This document shows, in pieces, positions 58,270 to 64,000 of a stretch of 64,000 nucleotides of DNA. Source of the DNA: an uncultured delta proteobacterium (GTDB taxonomy: Bacteria > Desulfobacterota > Syntrophia > Syntrophales > UBA2192); contig CAVPJD010000011.1 of the NCBI GenBank assembly GCA_963705165.1, positions 148,931-212,930 on the forward strand, read 5' to 3'. Each line of letters begins with the position of its first letter. Within the stretch, counting starts at the first letter, position 1. The notes below the pieces were generated by a model. It did not search any database, was not told the origin of the DNA, and was given only the letters and a program-made list of their open reading frames with translations. Both the position numbers and the translations under genes were made by a program.

Positions 58270-59155
58270 TCACGACCTCCCCGGGGCAGGCATCGTCTTT
58301 TGCGGAGGGGCCGGCCGTACGTCCGCCGCCGCGGGACTGCCGAACCCTTCAAGGATGCCCAGGGCCTTGATGTTGGCCAGGGTCTTTGCCAGATTCTGCT
58401 CCGAGTGGGCCTCGACGGTCAGAATGGGGTTGAGCTTCCTCTCCTCGCAGGATGGAGAATAGCTTCACGAAGGGGAAGCTCCCCTCCCCCACGGGCAGGT
58501 GCTCGTCGAGGGCGCCCTTGTTGTCGTGGAGGTGGATCTCGATGAGCCGGTGACCGAGCCTGTCGAGCCAGGCCTCGAGACCGGACTGGGCAAAGGCGTT
58601 GAAGTGCCCCGTGTCGAAGCAGAAGCCGACGCGCCCGGGCGGGAGCGCGTCGAGAAGAAGCCCGAGGTATCCGGGGTCGGCCTCGTAGACGTTCTCGAGG
58701 GCGATCCGGGTGTCGAGCTTCTCCGCCAGGGGAATGAGCTGCGACCAGGTGTCGATGCTGTTTTCCAGCCACTTGCGCCCGGAGGACACGTAATATTTCT
58801 CGTCGTAGGAGGGGTGAAAGACGATGGCCCGCGGGCGAAAGCAGGTGGCGATCTCGAAGACCTGCCGGAACCGCTCGAGGCTCACCCGGCGGATCTTCGC
58901 GTCGATGGCCCCCGGCCTCAGGTCCATGAAAGGCCCGTGAAAGGTAATGGAATGACCCGCCTCGCGGAGGATCGTTGCGGCTGAGGCATAGTCCGGTTCC
59001 TTAAGCCCGTCGAGGATGGCGCAGGTAAAGGCGATCTCCGGGTTGATCCGCTCCCTGAGGATTTTATCGAGATGTTTCTGGAGAAGCTGATCGAAGGGGA
59101 TATGAACCTGAAGGTGTTTCAGGATGTCCTGCATCGTGATCATCCGGATCGGCAT
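58270..59155 (-). CDS. Sugar-phosphate isomerase/AP endonuclease 2 TIM-barrel protein with one apparent frameshift near 58445
   Basis: HGPFMDL, ALENVYE, FDTGHF, HLHDNKG..DEHL. The conserved final strand PILTVEAH lies in another frame that ends at the TGA at 58270. Confidence 0.8.
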
Positions 59156-59210
59156 ATCAATTGATGAAAACTACCACATCGACGGCGGCGAGGCAACGGG
59201 CATTTTCAAA

Positions 59211-59239
59211 TTGACAGGATTTATGGATACTGCTACAAA
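59211..59239 (+). promoter_or_regulatory. Candidate sigma-70 promoter for rsfS-comF-rfaE2
   Basis: TTGACA-N17-TACAAA with an extended -10 TG. Confidence 0.55.
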
Positions 59240-59319
59240 AACGAAAGGTTAGGGAAATGCCGATCCGTCGCAAAGGCGCCGGCCCCAACATACTGACAGA
59301 CAGAAGAAGAGGAGGCTTA

Positions 59320-59715
59320 TTGGTTAAAAAGGACTTGACCACGCGGAAGAAGATTCTCCTTGCCGTCAACGCGGCCCTGGAGAAAAAGGCGGTAAACATC
59401 GTCATCCTGAACATCAAGAACATCACTTCCTTTGCCGATTACACCGTCATCTGTAGCGGCACGTCGGACCGGCAGGTCCAGAGCATCGCCTCGTCCATCG
59501 AAGGGTCCATGAAAAAGGCGGGCACCCTTCCCCTGGGCATCGAGGGGGCGAAGGGCGGCCGGTGGGTCCTCATGGACTACGCGGATATCGTCATCCACGT
59601 CTTCTATGAACCGGTGCGCGAGTTCTACGATATCGAGCGGCTGTGGTCCGATGCCCCGAAGATGGAAGTGGCCGAAGACGCCGTCGAGATCAAGTCGCTC
59701 CCCAAGGGGATGTGA
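59320..59715 (+). CDS. rsfS: Ribosome silencing factor RsfS
   Basis: ALEKKA, ADYTVICSG, WVLMDYADIVIHVF and REFYDIERLW; GAGGAGG RBS before TTG. Confidence 0.95.
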   Translation: MVKKDLTTRKKILLAVNAALEKKAVNIVILNIKNITSFADYTVICSGTSDRQVQSIASSIEGSMKKAGTLPLGIEGAKGGRWVLMDYADIVIHVFYEPVREFYDIERLWSDAPKMEVAEDAVEIKSLPKGM

Positions 59716-59716
59716 T

Positions 59717-60451
59717 GTGACGGCAGTGCTCACGGCCCTCACGGAACTGCTCTTCCCGACTCTGTGCCTGTCCTGCGGCGGGGTCCTGTCGGAGCGCAGG
59801 GAACATCCCTTCTGCCCCGACTGCTATGCCGGGATCCGTTTTATCACCGCACCCCTTTGCCCGGTATGCGGAATCCCCTACCCTGTCGAAGAGAGCCCCG
59901 ATCACGTCTGCGGCGATTGTCTCCTGAGAAAGGGGCACATCGGCACCGCCCGATCGCTTGGTGTTTACGAGTCGGTCCTTCTCGATGCCATCCACGCCTT
60001 CAAATACGGCGGCAACCTCACCCTCGGCGAGCGGCTGGGCCGACTGATGGCGCAGCATGATTACCCCGCCTTTCGCATCCAGGACTATTCGCTGATCCTT
60101 CCCGTTCCCCTGCATCCCCGGAGGCTGAGGCAACGGGGCTTCAACCAGGCGGTCATCCTCGCGCGGGAAATCTCCAGGAGCCACGGCATGGCCATGGACT
60201 TTCGCACCCTCAGGCGCGTCGTCGACACGGGATCACAGACGGGCTTGAAAAAGGAAGAGCGACGGTCTAACATAAGAAAGGCGTTCAGCATAACGGACCC
60301 GGAGCGGATCCGGGGGCGAAACATCCTCCTCGTCGACGACGTCTACACAACGGGAAGCACCCTGGGCGAGTGCGCGAGAACCCTATTGAAGGCAGGCGCG
60401 GAAGTCGTGGGCGCCCTCACCCTCGCCCGGGCGATCCAGGAGCCATCATGA
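59717..60451 (+). CDS. comF: ComF-family double zinc ribbon/phosphoribosyltransferase protein
   Basis: Four Cxx[16 protein letters not shown] and [12 protein letters not shown]. Confidence 0.93.
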   Translation: MTAVLTALTELLFPTLCLSCGGVLSERREHPFCPDCYAGIRFITAPLCPVCGIPYPVEESPDHVCGDCLLRKGHIGTARSLGVYESVLLDAIHAFKYGGNLTLGERLGRLMAQHDYPAFRIQDYSLILPVPLHPRRLRQRGFNQAVILAREISRSHGMAMDFRTLRRVVDTGSQTGLKKEERRSNIRKAFSITDPERIRGRNILLVDDVYTTGSTLGECARTLLKAGAEVVGALTLARAIQEPS

Positions 60452-60951
60452 GCAAGATAACCCCGAGGAACGAACTCAAGGCCAAGGTCGAGCGGTTGAA
60501 GCGGGAAGGCAAGAAAGTCGTCTTCACCAACGGCTGCTTCGACATCCTCCATGCCGGCCACACCCGGTACCTCCGCGAGGCAAGGAAACTGGGCGATGCG
60601 CTGATCCTGGCCCTCAACAGCGACAGCTCCGTGCGCTCCATCAAGGGGCCGATGCGGCCCATCGTGCCCGAGGCCGAGCGGGCCGAGGTGGTGGCCGCGC
60701 TTGATTCCGTGGACTACGTGACGGTCTTCGACGAGTTGACCCCCCTTGAGCTCATCGAGTTTCTCCGGCCCGATGTCATCGTCAAGGGTGGGGACTGGGC
60801 CGAGAAGGACATCGTGGGCGCCGAGGCCGTCAGGAAATGGGGCGGACGGGTGGCCATCATGCCCGAGATCGAAGGGGCCTCGACGACGAACATCATCGAC
60901 AAGGTCCTCCAGGTCTACCGTTCAGGCGACGAGGCGGGAAAAAGGGGCTAA
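60448..60951 (+). CDS. rfaE2: D-glycero-beta-D-manno-heptose 1-phosphate adenylyltransferase
   Basis: [26 protein letters not shown] and STTNII. Confidence 0.95.
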   Translation: MSKITPRNELKAKVERLKREGKKVVFTNGCFDILHAGHTRYLREARKLGDALILALNSDSSVRSIKGPMRPIVPEAERAEVVAALDSVDYVTVFDELTPLELIEFLRPDVIVKGGDWAEKDIVGAEAVRKWGGRVAIMPEIEGASTTNIIDKVLQVYRSGDEAGKRG

Positions 60952-61035
60952 ATATTTCTTTACAAAGAGCCGATTGTTCGTTATACAAGATGGCTCTTCT
61001 CAACGAGCGAGCATATCTTTCGGACGGAATGCAGG

Positions 61036-61398
61036 ATGAAGCCCGAGAAACAGGATTATTTCCGAACACTTCTTCTGACCAGGATCAATGAGCTCCTGAA
61101 CGGCGCGGAGAGAACCGTTGCGGAGATGACCGACGAGCAGGAGAATTTCCCCGACCCCAACGACCGGGCGTCGCTGGAGTCGGACCGCAACTTCGAGCTG
61201 CGGATCCGCGACCGCGAGCGAAAGCTCATCGCCAAGATGCAGGAAGCCATCAAGCGCATCGACGACGGCACCTTCGGCCTCTGCGAGTCCTGCGGCGGCT
61301 CCATCTCGGAGAAACGCCTCCAGGCCCGCCCCGTCACGACGCAGTGCATCGACTGCAAGACCAAGGAAGAGAAGATGGAGAAGCAGCGGGGGGAATAG
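61036..61398 (+). CDS. dksA: RNA polymerase-binding protein DksA
   Basis: PDPNDRASLE coiled-coil tip, RDRERKLI, and CESC...CIDCK zinc finger. Confidence 0.95.
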   Translation: MKPEKQDYFRTLLLTRINELLNGAERTVAEMTDEQENFPDPNDRASLESDRNFELRIRDRERKLIAKMQEAIKRIDDGTFGLCESCGGSISEKRLQARPVTTQCIDCKTKEEKMEKQRGE

Positions 61399-61735
61399 GT
61401 TCCCTCCCGGTTCACCGTCTTGTCTTCGCCCCACCCCGGTCTCCCAAACCCCACCCTGCCAGACATGGAATTCGTTTGCCCAAATCCTCGGGGTCGCGGT
61501 ATAGTTGCCGCTATCCCGGAAGCGCCCATCCCGAGCTCTCGAGCGAATCGAAGAGGCGGCGAACCGGCCTCGCCGACAAATCCATGAAGTCAGGAAGTTA
61601 AGAAGAGCAGAAGAGCGGAAAATTCCCTGATTTCATGCCGCTCTTCCGAGCTTCCGATCTTCCGCTCTTCGCGGGCATCGCACTCGAGGCATCGCGCCCG
61701 GCACAAGAAAAAGAATCCGGCTCCGAAGAGATGCC

Positions 61736-64000
61736 ATGTACGTCGAAGTAGCCATCAACATCCCCTCCGACCGGACCTTCACCTACTCCGTCCCGGCCGA
61801 GTCGCGCGCAGACGTCGCCCTGGGCAAGCGCGTCCTGGTCCCGTTCGGGAAACGCTCGCTTACGGGCACGATCATCGGCATCCGGCGCTCCACGGACCGG
61901 CAGGACACGCGGGAGATCGTCCGGGTGCTGGACCGGGAGCCCCTCTTCCACGAGGAGGACCTGCGTTTCTACCGCTGGGCCGCCGACTACTACTTCACGC
62001 CCCTCGGCAGGGCCCTCGGAGAGATCCTTCCCGGGGGGTATCGACATCGAAAGCCTGCTGTGGGCCGTAAAATGCGGCGACGCGGTGGATCTCACTCCCC
62101 TGCAGAGGAGTATCGTCGACTCACTGGGGCGCCGTTCATCGGGGATGTCCCTGCGCAGCCTCGAGAAGGAGATGGGAAAGAAAACCCTCCTGGCCGAGCT
62201 CCGGAAGCTGGAGAAACGGGGAATCCTCTCCCTGGAGGAGCGGATGAGGAAACCCTCCGTGAAGGGCAAGACGCAAAAGGTCGCAACGCTCCTGGAAGCC
62301 CCGGCGAAGTCGGTAAAGCTCACGGATCGTCAGAGGCAGACCCTCATGGCCATCGAGGCAAGGGGTGGCAGGGCCCGCGTTGCCGAACTCGAGGAGGTCC
62401 ATGACCCCCTGCCTGCCCTGAGATCCCTGGAGAGAAAAGGCCTCGTCAGCCTCGGCGAGGAGGAAACCTTGAGAAGCGCGGAAAGCCCCGGGGAGATCGG
62501 CCGGGCATACACGCCTTTGACGCTCAACGCCGAGCAGCAAACCGCCCTCGGTACCATCCTGAACGGCATCTCCTCGGGTGCCTTTTCACCCCTGCTGCTG
62601 CACGGGGTCACCGGAAGCGGAAAGACGGAGGTCTACATCCACGCCATCACCGAAGCTCTTCGCCTGGGGGGGCGCGCCATCTATCTCGTCCCGGAGATCG
62701 CCCTCACACCCCAGCTCATCGGCCGGCTGGAAAGCCGCTTCCCGGCAGGCGAGATCGCCATCCTGCACAGCGGGATCGGCCCGGCGGTGCGCTACGATCA
62801 GTGGCGAAAAATCGAACGGGGTGATGCGAAGATCATCGTAGGCGCCCGGTCGGCCATCTTTGCGCCCGTGGACAATCTGCGGCTCATCATTGTCGACGAG
62901 GAGCACGACGCCTCCTACAAGCAGGACGAGCGCATGCCCTACAACGCCAGAGACCTTGCGGTGGTGCGGGCCAAGCAGCAGGGGGCTGCCGTCGTTCTGG
63001 GCTCGGCCACCCCGGGGCTGCAGAGCTTCTACAACACGCGTGAAAAGGAATTTGTCTATCTCGCCCTTGCAAAGCGCGTCGAGGAGCGGGAGTTTCCGCG
63101 CGTCGAGATCGTGGACATGAAAAACGAGACGGGACCCCGACGGCAGGATCCGGCTCCCTGTCGCGCCTGCTCGTCGAACAGCTCGGCCGCACGCTGGAAG
63201 CAAAGAAACAGACCCTGCTCTTTCTGAACCGGCGGGGGTTCAACACCTACCACTACTGCGGCGACTGCGCCCACGTCTTCCGTTGCCTCAACTGCGCCGT
63301 TTCACTCACGCATCACCTGAGCGAAGGGGCGCTGCGATGCCACTACTGCGATTTCTCCATCAAGGCCCCGCCGGTGTGCCCGGAGTGCAGCGGTAGCCGC
63401 ATCCTGAGCTACGGTCTCGGAACGGAAAAGCTCACGGCGGAAATCGAGGAGCTCTTCCCGCAGGCGCGGGTCGCCCGGATGGACAGCGACACCACATCGG
63501 CGCGCGGCAGCCACGAGCGCATCCTTCAAGCCCTCGGCCGCGGCGAGATCGACATCCTCGTCGGCACCCAGATGATCACCAAGGGACATGATTTCCCCGA
63601 CGTGACCCTCGTGGGCGTCATCTCCGCCGACACGACCCTCAACATGCCGGACTTCAGGGCCGCCGAGCGGACCTTCCAGCTGCTCACCCAGGTATCCGGC
63701 CGGGGCGGCAGGGGCGAGAGCCCCGGCGCGGTCGTCATCCAGACACTCAACCCCGGCCACTATGCCATCCAGCGCACCCGACCCACGACTTCGCCGGCTT
63801 CTACGAGGATGAGATCGCCCTGCGCAGGGACCTGGGATACCCGCCTTTTCGCGGATGATCAACATCACCGTCTCGGGGACAGGAAAAGAGATGGTGGAAA
63901 AAGGGACCTCCAGGCTTGGACAGCAGGCCCGCAGGCTTGTCGATGGAAGCAATTACAAGGGCCGCCTGACCGTCATCGGCCCGATGGAGGCGCCCCTGGG
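61736..64000 (+). CDS. priA: Primosomal protein N' (PriA), with several frameshifts in this assembly; runs off the window edge
   Basis: FTYSVP/RVLVPFG N-terminus; HGVTGSGKTEVY, DEEHD, SATP; LFLNRRGF, CxxC clusters, GTQMITKGHDFP and YPPF appear in successive frames. Shifts near 62035, 63140-63158, 63780 and 63850. Confidence 0.92.

Noticed and set aside
62030..62045. Programmed frameshift or phase variation in priA
   Set aside because: Several other indels occur nearby in the same gene, so sequence error is the simpler explanation.

Overview
GC-rich bacterial chromosomal window. Gene content and repeat style suggest a Desulfobacterota/Syntrophales-like anaerobe (inference). The left third (1-21030) is a self-contained MSHA-like type IV pilus locus on the minus strand. 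It encodes a PilM-PilN fusion, PilO, a PilP-position protein, a lipoprotein secretin, an ExeA/MshM ATPase, an MshEN-PilB, PilC, a membrane-anchored sigma-54 activator with no receiver domain, two paralogous pilins, an ECF sigma/anti-sigma pair and further prepilin-like genes. A five-gene plus-strand glycosylation cassette is nested inside it: a polyprenol-phosphate-sugar synthase-like GT2, UDP-GlcNAc 2-epimerase, a second GT2, a flippase-like protein and a TMTC-like GT-C/TPR transferase. The best candidate for an undescribed system is this pairing of putative TMTC-type pilin glycosylation with a one-component membrane sigma-54 regulator; candidate sigma-54 promoters precede the pilus operon and the pilins. 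The rest of the window holds housekeeping and accessory genes: xth, azlCD, a cluster of secreted small proteins, a secreted HD-like protein, ABC transporters, a csp gene, a gctAB-like CoA transferase, thioesterases, NlpC/P60, UPF0182, rlmL, TPP riboswitch-thiD-thiC, MBL hydrolases, tatD, oppBC-like permeases, rsfS, comF, rfaE2, dksA and a frameshifted priA. Intergenic DNA is dense in REP-like palindromes, 7-8 bp tandem repeats, a MITE and a three-copy dispersed hairpin element. No rRNA, tRNA or CRISPR array was seen.
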